DNA from: an uncultured Candidatus Saccharibacteria bacterium
Lineage (GTDB): Bacteria; Patescibacteriota; Saccharimonadia; Saccharimonadales; Saccharimonadaceae
DNA: 64,000 bases
Direction: 5' to 3'
NCBI GenBank assembly: GCA_938046115.1
Contig: CALIXX010000002.1
Location: 4,029-68,028 of the forward strand
The position numbers were made by a program, and so were the translations under genes. Below are positions 8,703-17,282 of the stretch, piece by piece. Below the pieces are notes generated by a model, which ran no database searches, was not told the DNA's origin, and was given only the letters and a program-made list of their open reading frames with translations. How positions within the stretch are numbered: the first letter of the stretch is position 1; every line of letters begins with the position of its first letter.

Positions 8703-9278
8703 TTACTGCTTCAAAGCCATTGTCACTCGCTGCGCCGTCGGTAAGCTCGTATCAATATGAGCAAGTGCTTTGGTGGCATCTGCCAACGTATAGCCTAGCG
8801 CAACCAACGCTTCGAGTGCTTCGTCGTTTGTATCAAGCTCTGCCTGCACAGGCGCGTCGTGAGCAGCATAGTACGTTGGCACGCCCACCTTATCTCGCAG
8901 GTCTACCACCACACGCTCAGCAGTCTTTTTGCCCACCCCACTGGCTTTTTGGATAAAGGCCGCATCGGCATTGGCTAAGGCATTACGCACCTGCTCAGCC
9001 TCACCAAGGCTGAGGATAGCCAGTGCCGCCTTGGGACCTACGCCTTGCACTGTGATGAGCAACTCAAACAGTTTCTTGGCTGCCCGCGATGAAAAGCCAA
9101 ACAGCTCCTGAGCTTGCTCCCGGATATGGTGATATGTATAGAGCTTGACTGCCTCACCAAGCTGCATCGCATCATAATCATGCGCTGCAACCGCTATTTC
9201 GTAGCCAACCCCCTGCACATCAATAATGACACTACCCGCAAACTTCTCATCAACTTGGCCAGCAATATGAGCAATCAT
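8703..9278 (-). CDS. ruvA: Holliday junction DNA-binding protein RuvA
   Basis: MIAHIAGQV..., helix-hairpin-helix pairs (LITVQGVGPKAALAILS, IQKASGVGKKTAERVV) and a C-terminal domain III. SD GAGGAG lies upstream. Confidence 0.95.
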   Translation of the reverse strand: MIAHIAGQVDEKFAGSVIIDVQGVGYEIAVAAHDYDAMQLGEAVKLYTYHHIREQAQELFGFSSRAAKKLFELLITVQGVGPKAALAILSLGEAEQVRNALANADAAFIQKASGVGKKTAERVVVDLRDKVGVPTYYAAHDAPVQAELDTNDEALEALVALGYTLADATKALAHIDTSLPTAQRVTMALKQ

Positions 9279-9296
9279 CCGCGTCTCCTCAAAGCA

Positions 9297-11825
9297 CTAA
9301 AAGTTAGTCCTGAAGAAGTTGTTGTTATTGCCACCAGTATTGTTCTGACTATTCTGCCCAGAGCTATCATCGTCGCTCGTACCACCGGTACCAGAACTAT
9401 CACCACTCGTACCACCGGTGTTACCACTGTTGCCGGTATTATTGCGGCGGCGAGTATTACCGTTGATAGTTGAGCTATTATCACTGTCGTCGCTTGTGTT
9501 ACCAGAGCTCCCTCTGCTACTTGACGACCGGCAGCTTGCGATGTTCTTTGAGTAATGACTACTGTCAAAGTCTTTTTCGTCGATGGTAATGATGCGCTTT
9601 TGCTCAACGTCGCAGACACGGATTTGCTGTTTCGTCGTAGAGCAGTCTGAGCTGTTCTTTGAGTACTTCGTACTGTCGAAGTCATCTTCGTAGATAGACT
9701 CCATCTTTTTATCGCTGAGGTTACAGACTTCGATCTTGGTACGCACAACATTACACTGCTTAGTTGGCAATGCACCAGTTAGGAAGTATTCTTTGTATGT
9801 CCCCTTGGCATTCTCGGTAGTAGCCAGGCCACCGTCGCTCGTACAGACCGAGCGCTGCACAACACCACTTGGCACAGGGAATTGGGTGTTCGACTGACCT
9901 GCTAAGAGTTTCGTCATTGTGTTGCGCCAGATTGGCCCTGCCATGTCTGAGCCACCATTTTTCATTGGTGTATTGTCATTATTGCCAACCCATACGCCAA
10001 CGGCATACTCTGGGTTATAGCCAATCGTCCACGCATCTTTGTTGTCATTCGTCGTTCCTGTCTTGACGGCCGCGGTGTGGCCAGGCACCGTGAGGGTTGA
10101 ACCAAATACGCTCGCTCGTGCCGAATTATCGGACAAAATATTTGAGATCAAGTAGGCCCCGCCTTCGCTAATTGCCCGCTTGCTTGTCGCATTGGGCCAG
10201 CTAACTTTCTTGTTGTATTTGTCATTGACTTGCTCAATGAGCCCCAGCTCAAACTGCTGCCCTTGGTTGCCAAATGCTGCGTAGGCATTAGTCATTTGCG
10301 TTAGCGATGCCTCACCCGAGCCAAGTGCGAGAGACAAACCATTCTTCTCACCTGTTGCTTGAGTAATCGACGAGATACCAAGATTGTTAGCCGTTTGAAC
10401 CGACTTACTAATACCAAACTTCTTCATGATCTCCACGCTCGGAATGTTGAGCGACCAGCTAATTGCTCGACGTGTCGTCACACTTCCGTGCCAACGTTTG
10501 TCAGCGTTGAGCGGCTGGTAGCCACCGCCAAAGTCCGTTGGCTTATCTTGGAAAATTGTCGCTGGTGTAATAACCCCCTCGGCTAGTGCTCCTGCATAGT
10601 AGATCGGCTTGAAGCTACTGCCTGGCTGGCGCGGCGTTGTGGCCATATTGACATTACCCCACTGTGGGTTGTTGTAGTCGGCACTGCCCACTAGTGCGCG
10701 CACCCGGCCTGTCTTAACGTCTATCACAACACCGCTTGCATTCGTCCCACCACGGTTATTGAGGTATGGAATCTGCTTGGAGACGTTATCGATCAGCATC
10801 TGCTGCGTATCCATATTGAGCGTTGTCTTCACCTGGTAACCTGAGCGCATTAACTTACCATACGCATTTTTATCGTCCGCACTGTATAGTTTCTGTTTGA
10901 GTTGGTTTATAACCATCTGCGCAAAGTGTGGTGCAATCGACTTAACGGTATTTGCCGTCGATGCATACGAGAGCTGCTGCGCATATGCTGCGTCTTTTTG
11001 CTCATTAGTGATAGCACCCACATCAACCATGCGGCCGAGCACTGTCTTTTGGCGCTGCTTGGCCTTTTCTGGGCTACCGCTAATTGGTGAGTAGGCAGTT
11101 GGGGCTGGTAGGACACCAACAAGCATAGCGCTCTCGGCTAGCGTGAGATCCTTCGGTGCTTTACCAAAGTAAATCTTGGCTGCCTCTTCAATACCAAATG
11201 AGTCTTCACCATAGTACACAGAGTTGAGATACATCTCGAGGATTTGGTCCTTCGTATAATTCTGCTCGATCGCTAGTGCTACGAACAGCTCTTGATATTT
11301 ACGCATAAAGGTCTGTTCACTTGTGAGGACGGTGTTCTTGGCGAGCTGCTGCGTAATGGTCGAGCCACCACCATGACGCTGGAAGGCTGCCCGGAAGATA
11401 CCGATTAGACTGAACCCAGGGTGTTTATAGAAGTCTTTATCCTCACTAGCCAGTAGCGCATTTTTCATACTGTCTGAGATGTCAGCTAGTTTCACCATAT
11501 TGCGGTGCTGAGCTCGCCCCACACTATAGAGTGGCTTGTTGTTGACATCATTGAGGACAATACCAGTGTTGTTGCGGTTCATCAGCCGCTCTTGGTCAGA
11601 AATATCACGTGCATAATATAGGTATGTCAAGATCGGCACAATCAGCAAAAACAGCAAAAACGGCGTCAGAATCACCATCGCCTTCTTCTTTTTGCTCATA
11701 TTCCAAAACCATAAGAAATGTTTATGCTCGCGTCTTCGGCGCGGTGGCTTCGACTGGCGAACCTCTCCAAAGTTGGCATATCTGCCCATTCGGGCTGGTT
11801 GTTGTCTTCCTCGAGGTAGTTGCAT
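9297..11825 (-). CDS. Bifunctional class A penicillin-binding protein (PBP1A-type transglycosylase/transpeptidase) with a C-terminal Cys-repeat and low-complexity tail
   Basis: N-terminal TM helix. GT51 motifs are EDKDFYKHPG, GGSTITQQLAKN and RKYQELFVALAIE. Transpeptidase motifs are GSSFKP (SxxK) and KTGTTND. Confidence 0.9.
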   Translation of the reverse strand: MQLPRGRQQPARMGRYANFGEVRQSKPPRRRREHKHFLWFWNMSKKKKAMVILTPFLLFLLIVPILTYLYYARDISDQERLMNRNNTGIVLNDVNNKPLYSVGRAQHRNMVKLADISDSMKNALLASEDKDFYKHPGFSLIGIFRAAFQRHGGGSTITQQLAKNTVLTSEQTFMRKYQELFVALAIEQNYTKDQILEMYLNSVYYGEDSFGIEEAAKIYFGKAPKDLTLAESAMLVGVLPAPTAYSPISGSPEKAKQRQKTVLGRMVDVGAITNEQKDAAYAQQLSYASTANTVKSIAPHFAQMVINQLKQKLYSADDKNAYGKLMRSGYQVKTTLNMDTQQMLIDNVSKQIPYLNNRGGTNASGVVIDVKTGRVRALVGSADYNNPQWGNVNMATTPRQPGSSFKPIYYAGALAEGVITPATIFQDKPTDFGGGYQPLNADKRWHGSVTTRRAISWSLNIPSVEIMKKFGISKSVQTANNLGISSITQATGEKNGLSLALGSGEASLTQMTNAYAAFGNQGQQFELGLIEQVNDKYNKKVSWPNATSKRAISEGGAYLISNILSDNSARASVFGSTLTVPGHTAAVKTGTTNDNKDAWTIGYNPEYAVGVWVGNNDNTPMKNGGSDMAGPIWRNTMTKLLAGQSNTQFPVPSGVVQRSVCTSDGGLATTENAKGTYKEYFLTGALPTKQCNVVRTKIEVCNLSDKKMESIYEDDFDSTKYSKNSSDCSTTKQQIRVCDVEQKRIITIDEKDFDSSHYSKNIASCRSSSSRGSSGNTSDDSDNSSTINGNTRRRNNTGNSGNTGGTSGDSSGTGGTSDDDSSGQNSQNNTGGNNNNFFRTNF
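9531..9737 (-). repeat. Two tandem copies of a roughly 33-aa Cys-bracketed module in the PBP1A C-terminus (coding repeat)
   Basis: KIEVCNLSDKKMESIYEDDFDSTKYSKNSSDC aligns with QIRVCDVEQKRIITIDEKDFDSSHYSKNIASC. An S/G/N/T/D-rich tail follows at 9300-9530. Confidence 0.7.
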
Positions 11826-11831
11826 AGTTTA

Positions 11832-11840
11832 ATTATACCA
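11832..11840 (-). promoter_or_regulatory. Extended -10 (TGGTATAAT) 6 nt upstream of the PBP1A ATG
   Basis: The minus strand reads TGGTATAAT-TAAACT-ATG. Confidence 0.45.
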
Positions 11841-11980
11841 TCGTTCTGGTGCAATGTGCTGAAAACACCAATCTTAGCGCTTTTCTCTTTCTCATCTCTG
11901 ATAGAGCACAAGCATAAGCCTTTTTATAATCTAATTTCTAGCCTTGTTAGTGTAGTTACACCGGTAGCAGCTCACTATCT

Positions 11981-12451
11981 CTACCGTGTCATAAATGCTG
12001 CCATAATCGCTGCCGCGAGAGCATCTGCACAGTCATCTGGCTTGGGTACCGTCTGAAGGCCTAATTGGAGCCGCACCATCTCTTGCACTTGCTTTTTGTC
12101 TGCTTTGCCATAGCCAGTGATTGTCTGTTTGATCTGGAGTGGTGTATATTCCTCAATCCGCAGACCCGCTCGCTGACCGGTCAGTAGCGCTACGCCACGT
12201 GCTTCGGCTACGCTCATAGCGGTAGTTATATTACGAGTAAAAAAAAGCTTCTCGATCGCCATCATCGTGGGCTGTGTCTCTGCAATAATACTCGTAAGGC
12301 CATCGAATATCTCACTAAGGCGCTCTGGTATTGGAGTGTGTGCTGGCGTTGTAATAACACCCGCCGTGACGAGTCGCGTTGCGCCACCATGAGCGTCAAT
12401 GACGCCAAAGCCAAGGATACCAGTACCTGGATCTATACCAATGATTCGCAT
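11981..12451 (-). CDS. ruvC: Crossover junction endodeoxyribonuclease RuvC
   Basis: MRIIGIDPGTG (catalytic Asp), IEKLFF, and the DDCADALAAAI C-terminal acidic motif. Confidence 0.95.
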   Translation of the reverse strand: MRIIGIDPGTGILGFGVIDAHGGATRLVTAGVITTPAHTPIPERLSEIFDGLTSIIAETQPTMMAIEKLFFTRNITTAMSVAEARGVALLTGQRAGLRIEEYTPLQIKQTITGYGKADKKQVQEMVRLQLGLQTVPKPDDCADALAAAIMAAFMTR

Positions 12452-12457
12452 GATGCT

Positions 12458-12463
12458 AGTATA
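12458..12463 (-). promoter_or_regulatory. -10 box TATACT 6 nt upstream of the ruvC ATG
   Basis: The minus strand reads GCTATACT-AGCATC-ATG. Confidence 0.4.
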
Positions 12464-12515
12464 GCTGAATCTGAGAGCTTCTGCTATATACCGCTATGGT
12501 ATAGCTAATGAGACT

Positions 12516-14303
12516 CTAACCTTTGCGCATCATCCGGCGTAGCCACTGGCCAATCTCACTGCGCCATTCCCAGCCAGCATAGCCCACTGCCACGATGGCT
12601 ACCCCACCAATCATCCACCAGACAATCTCTGTCTGTCCATTATTACTACCCGGCTCAACAGCGTAGCCTGCGGCTGGTGCTTTGCTATTCTTGCTCGTCG
12701 ATTTGCGGCAGCGATTGGTCGATGGATTACGCTCCCAGCCTGGCTTGCAGGGCGTCAGCTGGCGACTATTTGCTGCGCTAAGCTTTTTGCAGCGGCCAGT
12801 CGCTGGGTTGCGATAGTACCCTGCTTTACATATAGCAGCTGGTGCCTTACCGCCAGCGAGCGCTCGGCAGCGCCTTGTGGCAGGATTGCGATACTGCCCC
12901 GCTTTGCACGCAGCCAATTGCTGGCCAGTGGCAGATACTGCGCGGCAACGGCCCGTCGTGGGGTTACGCTCTTGGCCTGGTTTGCAGATGGTTAGCTTTT
13001 GAGCATGAGAAGTGCTGCGCGCCACCTTTGCATTGCCGACTGTTTGTTTTGACTGTTTCTCACCACTGTTGATCTTTCGACAACGATTTGTTGCTGGGTT
13101 GCGTTCTTGGCCAACGGGGCACGGTTTGCCCGATGGCTGATGAGGTGAGGCTGGTGTATCAGTGATAATATTATCGGCTTGGTTGGGGCTTGGCGTTGTC
13201 CATTGCCATGTGCCAGTTTGCGAATTATATGCCCAAGACTTGCCCTGGTGCGCAGCCTGTCCTGCACCGCTATATGCATCAATGCGCGGTGAAAAGCTTA
13301 CTAAACCATGCTGGTCCTCGAACCACAGTGTACCACTACGCAGTACCGCAAGCTCCGCACCATTTGCTTGAGCACGAATCGTCAGCACCTGGCCTGGCGC
13401 AATAACTCCCACAAGAGACGAGGTGTTTCGCACAGTACTATCACTCCCAAGCGTACCACTACGCAAACGATAGGTAGCAAGGTCGATTGGCTGGTCGCCA
13501 GTATTTTTGATCTTGACATATTTTTGACAATTGTCTGGTGCTGTGTCGCAGGCGTGTGGATGAGGTAAGACCTCAAGAATTTGCAATGATGGCTCGCCTG
13601 GCGTTTCGTACGGCGCAGTTACCTCAGCCTTGCCAGCTCGTGCTCGAAAGTCCTTGGCAAATATCCCAGTGCGCGCCGCTGCCGTCCAGCGTGCACGCTC
13701 CCAGACGAGTGCACCTGCAAGCTCGTCCACGGCTGCATTTGCTTTGTCAACAGTCGTACCTGATCGCTCCAGTGCCACATCATACCGCGTGATTTGCTCG
13801 CCATCCGGCACACTTGGGCAACCCTGGAGCTGTGCGCCATCTGCCGGGGCTACTGCTGGATGATAGTAGCGCACCGATGACTGGGGCGGTGCATATCCTT
13901 GTAGATTGACACGACACGTGTAGTCAGTGTGGTTTGTGCTAACACTGACAACAAGCACGACATCACTAAGCGGTATAAACTGACGCGCAGTATTATGCAG
14001 CTCGACTGCACTCACCGTACGCCGGTCTGTTGTGTGGAGGGCCCCGATCATCAATGCATCGTGTTCAGTATGAGCAGCAAGGTGCACTACAGGCTGTGCT
14101 GCTGGAAACTTGCTGCTAGCAGTATCATCACGCGCCACTACCCCTTCAAATAAAAAATCGCCGATGGCGGCGACTGGGGTGGCAAAATAAGCAGTGGAAG
14201 AATCAGCACCAAGCGCAGAAGCTCCGGCTATTCCTGGTATCATCATGGTTACGGCAAGCCCATATGCAATAATTCGCCGGGCATAATTCCGCATAGTTTG
14301 CAT
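12516..14303 (-). CDS. Secreted, C-terminally membrane-anchored surface protein with a lamin-tail-like (LTD) domain and five Cys-pair repeats
   Basis: Start at MQTMRNYARR, preceded by GAGGAGG. Signal peptide ...IPGIAGASALG. LTD-like segment LQILEVLPHP...YVKIKNTGDQPIDLATYRLRSG. C-terminal TM WWMIGGVAIVAVGYAGW followed by a basic tail. Confidence 0.6.
   Translation of the reverse strand: MQTMRNYARRIIAYGLAVTMMIPGIAGASALGADSSTAYFATPVAAIGDFLFEGVVARDDTASSKFPAAQPVVHLAAHTEHDALMIGALHTTDRRTVSAVELHNTARQFIPLSDVVLVVSVSTNHTDYTCRVNLQGYAPPQSSVRYYHPAVAPADGAQLQGCPSVPDGEQITRYDVALERSGTTVDKANAAVDELAGALVWERARWTAAARTGIFAKDFRARAGKAEVTAPYETPGEPSLQILEVLPHPHACDTAPDNCQKYVKIKNTGDQPIDLATYRLRSGTLGSDSTVRNTSSLVGVIAPGQVLTIRAQANGAELAVLRSGTLWFEDQHGLVSFSPRIDAYSGAGQAAHQGKSWAYNSQTGTWQWTTPSPNQADNIITDTPASPHQPSGKPCPVGQERNPATNRCRKINSGEKQSKQTVGNAKVARSTSHAQKLTICKPGQERNPTTGRCRAVSATGQQLAACKAGQYRNPATRRCRALAGGKAPAAICKAGYYRNPATGRCKKLSAANSRQLTPCKPGWERNPSTNRCRKSTSKNSKAPAAGYAVEPGSNNGQTEIVWWMIGGVAIVAVGYAGWEWRSEIGQWLRRMMRKG
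12702..13121 (-). repeat. Five copies of the coding repeat C-x2-G-x2-RNP-x-T-x-RC-(R/K)
   Basis: CPVGQERNPATNRCRK, CKPGQERNPTTGRCRA, CKAGQYRNPATRRCRA, CKAGYYRNPATGRCKK, CKPGWERNPSTNRCRK. Confidence 0.85.
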
Positions 14304-14325
14304 TTTGTTTTTCCTCCTCGCCACG

Positions 14326-14354
14326 ATTATGCGCAAAGCAACCCTCTCGGTCAA
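14326..14354 (-). promoter_or_regulatory. Sigma70-like promoter TTGACC-N17-CATAAT for the LTD surface protein gene
   Basis: -35 is at 14349-14354 and -10 at 14326-14331 (minus strand), followed by SD GAGGAGG and the ATG at 14303. Confidence 0.45.
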
Positions 14355-14486
14355 GCACAAGCACATTGTTTTGTTGATCACGCAAACTAATACGGTGGTC
14401 GGATTTTGTTCTCTACCGCACAATAGTAGCGAGAAATAGGAATTAAGATTGTATAATGCGGATCTTTAGGCTTTCAAACAGATACA

Positions 14487-14512
14487 ACAAAAAACAGGCT
14501 ATCTCGCCTGCT
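14487..14512 (-). terminator. Rho-independent terminator downstream of tRNA-Lys
   Basis: The minus strand reads AGCAGGC-GAGATA-GCCTGTT followed by TTTTTT. Confidence 0.6.
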
Positions 14513-14522
14513 AATTGGTCAA

Positions 14523-14599
14523 TGGAGGGCCCAGTGAGGCTCGAACTCACGACACCCTGCTTAAAAGGCAGGTGCTCTAACCTGCTGAGCTATGGGCCC
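14523..14599 (-). tRNA. tRNA-Lys (anticodon UUU), CCA encoded
   Basis: The minus strand folds as a cloverleaf: GGGCCCA TA GCTC AGCAGGTTA GAGC A CCTGC CTTTTAA GCAGG GTGTC GTGAG TTCGAGC CTCAC TGGGCCC T CCA. Confidence 0.92.
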
Positions 14600-14611
14600 G
14601 TAGACTCTGCG

Positions 14612-14641
14612 AGTATAGCACTGGTCGCGGTGGACTGTCAA
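14612..14641 (-). promoter_or_regulatory. Promoter TTGACA-N18-TATACT for tRNA-Lys
   Basis: -35 is at 14636-14641 and -10 at 14612-14617 (minus strand). The mature 5' end lies 12 nt downstream of the -10. Confidence 0.55.
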
Positions 14642-14940
14642 GCGGAGGAAGCGCTGGATTCATCATCACTCTTCCAAAATTCTACTATCTATAGCAAAAT
14701 TCACCCTTCTCCTCTGTAGGAGACTCTCCCTTGCTACCTCACCTGGTGAATATATAAAAATCTCTTGCTAAACGCAAAAGATTCAATAATTTCACCCTAA
14801 GAAAACAAATTACGTAAAAATTCTAGCCTCCCTGATAAACCCTGCAAAAAGTAGAACAAACAGCATGAAATTGACAGAAAGGCCGCGATTTGGATGTAAT
14901 AAATTGACACACCAGCAACACAATAGTTTAATGATAACAA

Positions 14941-16383
14941 ATGACGTGGTGGCAACGGCGAATTCACCCAACATGGCAGCTCACAATGTGCTGCGGTGGC
15001 ATCGTTGGTGGAGTAGCACTAGCCCAGTGGTGGCCGTATGCTGCGTGGTGGTGGCTTGTTGTAGCTAGCGGTGGCATTGCCTGTGCACTACGCCAAAGCC
15101 GGCGGTGGTGCCTTATTGTCATATTGATTGCTGGGCTTATGATTGGCCTAGTGCGCGGTGGGAGTGACCAGCAGCAACAGCGCTCTTACACGGCATCATT
15201 TGGGCACATAGCGACAATCACCGGGCAGGTGCAGGATGATCCTGATACAAATCAACGCAATCAACTCGTCGTGAGGCTGAGCGCTATCCGCCTCGATGGC
15301 CGCTCGCTACCTAGCACAGTATGGGTGAGTTTACACGGCAACCCTGCAGTCCATCGCAGCGACTGGCTAGTTGTGCGAGGTAAGCTCAAGCCTGGCTTTG
15401 GCAACTTTGCCGCTGTCATGCAGCGTGCTCATGTGGAGCGCATTGTTCAGCCGCAACCTAGTGATATCGCTCTACAGGTACGCGATTGGTTTGCCGAGCA
15501 TATTCGCCATGCAATTCATGAGCCAGCGGCTAGCCTTGGCAGTGGCTACGTCCTTGGCCAAAAGCGCGCCCTACCACATGATATCCAAGAAGCAATGCGC
15601 ACTACTGGCCTCACTCATATCGTAGTAGCAAGCGGATACAACCTCACGATCCTCGTCCGCCTCGCTCGGCGCTTGTTTGCTAAGGTGTCGCGCTACCTCG
15701 CAGTGCTTACCAGCGCAAGTCTCGTCCTTGGCTTCGTCGCCATCACTGGCCTAAGCCCAAGCATGACGCGCGCTGGTCTTGTGGCTGGGCTCAGCATTTG
15801 GGCTTGGGCCTATGGTCGTGCGTTTCACCCCATTACACTACTAGCAGTAGCAAGTGCCGCCACAGTACTATGGAACCCAAACTATGTCTGGGGAGATATT
15901 GGCTGGCAGCTGAGTTTTGCGTCCTTTGCTGGGGTGATGATTCTTGCACCACTGTTGCAGCGCTATTTCTTCGGCCCAGTAGAGCCATCAATCGGCCGCC
16001 AAGTCTTGGGCGAGACAGTCTCTGCACAGCTTGCTACACTACCAATTAGCCTCGCAGCATTTGGGCAATTATCGCTTGTGGCGCTACCAGCCAATCTACT
16101 CATTGTGCCGTGGGTGCCGCTGGCGATGCTTCTCACGTGCATTGCTGGGGTTGGGGCGCTTGTGTGGCCAGCGGCAGCAACAGTATTTGGCACACCAGCA
16201 CAATGGCTGCTTGATGCAATGCTGTGGGTTGTCCAGCAATGTGCCGCCTTTCCCTGGGCGCAGTTCGATTTTACACCGCCCTGGTGGGGTGTAGCACTGT
16301 GGTATGGCGGGCTCATTAGCCTCTGCTGGTGGCTCTGGCGAGCAACTGGCTACTCGCTGCGCGATGCCTCGCTCGTAGAATAA
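14941..16383 (+). CDS. comEC: ComEC/Rec2 family DNA uptake channel protein (short form, no metallo-beta-lactamase domain)
   Basis: Polytopic membrane protein with the competence-domain signature GLTHIVVASGYNLTIL. It is only 480 aa. The exact start is uncertain. Confidence 0.8.
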   Translation: MTWWQRRIHPTWQLTMCCGGIVGGVALAQWWPYAAWWWLVVASGGIACALRQSRRWCLIVILIAGLMIGLVRGGSDQQQQRSYTASFGHIATITGQVQDDPDTNQRNQLVVRLSAIRLDGRSLPSTVWVSLHGNPAVHRSDWLVVRGKLKPGFGNFAAVMQRAHVERIVQPQPSDIALQVRDWFAEHIRHAIHEPAASLGSGYVLGQKRALPHDIQEAMRTTGLTHIVVASGYNLTILVRLARRLFAKVSRYLAVLTSASLVLGFVAITGLSPSMTRAGLVAGLSIWAWAYGRAFHPITLLAVASAATVLWNPNYVWGDIGWQLSFASFAGVMILAPLLQRYFFGPVEPSIGRQVLGETVSAQLATLPISLAAFGQLSLVALPANLLIVPWVPLAMLLTCIAGVGALVWPAAATVFGTPAQWLLDAMLWVVQQCAAFPWAQFDFTPPWWGVALWYGGLISLCWWLWRATGYSLRDASLVE

Positions 16384-16396
16384 CAACTACCCAATA

Positions 16397-16405
16397 TGCT
16401 ACAAT
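16397..16405 (+). promoter_or_regulatory. Extended -10 (TGCTACAAT) of the yebC promoter
   Basis: TGCTACAAT lies 32 nt upstream of the ATG. SD AAGGAGA is at 16427-16433. Confidence 0.45.
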
Positions 16406-16437
16406 GAGTTGAAAGATAGAACAATCAAGGAGAACCT

Positions 16438-17142
16438 ATGTCTGGACACAGTAAATGGGCCACGACCCATCGCCAAAAGGCCGTGGTTGATGCAAAGCGC
16501 GGCGCAGCCTTTACCAAGCTTGGCAATATGATTGCCATTGCAGCCCGTGGCGGCACCGATCCAACAACCAACTCAAGTCTCGCATTGGCCATCGAGAAGG
16601 CTCGGGCGGCTAACATGCCCAACGCTAACATCCAGCGAGCAATTGATCGCATCAATGATAAAAATGCTGCCGCACTCGAAGAGGCAGTCTATGAGGGCTA
16701 CGGCCCAGGTGGTGTTGGCATCATTATCGAGACAGCAACCGATAACAAGAATCGTACCTACCCAGAGGTCCGCACTGCTCTCACCAAGAATGGTGGCACC
16801 ATGGCAGATAGCGGTAGTGTGATGTTTCAGTTTGCGCGCAAGGGCGTGATCCGCGTAGCAGCCAGTGGTGAAGAAGCGCTCCTTACTGTGCTTGATGCTG
16901 GAGCTGAGGATGCAACAGAAGAAGATGGCGGCCTCACCGTCTACACCGACAAAAAAGAGCTTGCCAAAGTTCGCGAAGCTTTGCTCGCAGCTGGCATGAC
17001 TGTTGAAGATGCAGAGCTTCAGTATGTGCCCAACAACACTGTTGCTATTGAGGACGACGAAACCGCCCGCAAGCTTACCAAAATTATCGACGCACTTGAA
17101 GCACTCGATGATGTGACAAACGTTGCAACGAACGCGGCGTAA
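16438..17142 (+). CDS. yebC: YebC/PmpR (TACO1) family DNA-binding transcription/translation factor
   Basis: MSGHSKWATTHRQKAVVDAKRG..., EGYGPGGVGIIIE. Confidence 0.95.
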   Translation: MSGHSKWATTHRQKAVVDAKRGAAFTKLGNMIAIAARGGTDPTTNSSLALAIEKARAANMPNANIQRAIDRINDKNAAALEEAVYEGYGPGGVGIIIETATDNKNRTYPEVRTALTKNGGTMADSGSVMFQFARKGVIRVAASGEEALLTVLDAGAEDATEEDGGLTVYTDKKELAKVREALLAAGMTVEDAELQYVPNNTVAIEDDETARKLTKIIDALEALDDVTNVATNAA

Positions 17143-17175
17143 TACCCACTAGAGCTACACGCGAATCACAATACT

Positions 17176-17208
17176 AAAACGACCCTCTATTATGAGGGTT
17201 GTTTTGCT
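17176..17208 (+). terminator. Rho-independent terminator after yebC
   Basis: AACGACCCTC-TATTAT-GAGGGTTGTT followed by TTTG. Confidence 0.6.
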
Positions 17209-17282
17209 AGGCACATCAACGTATATATTTTTGTAAAACCACACTTATCAAGTGACACGCGCAAGAGGGATATCTATATCTG

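Noticed and set aside
14456-14719. An 87-aa plus-strand ORF across the tRNA-Lys locus.
   Set aside because: It runs antisense through a textbook tRNA cloverleaf and its promoter, so it is spurious.
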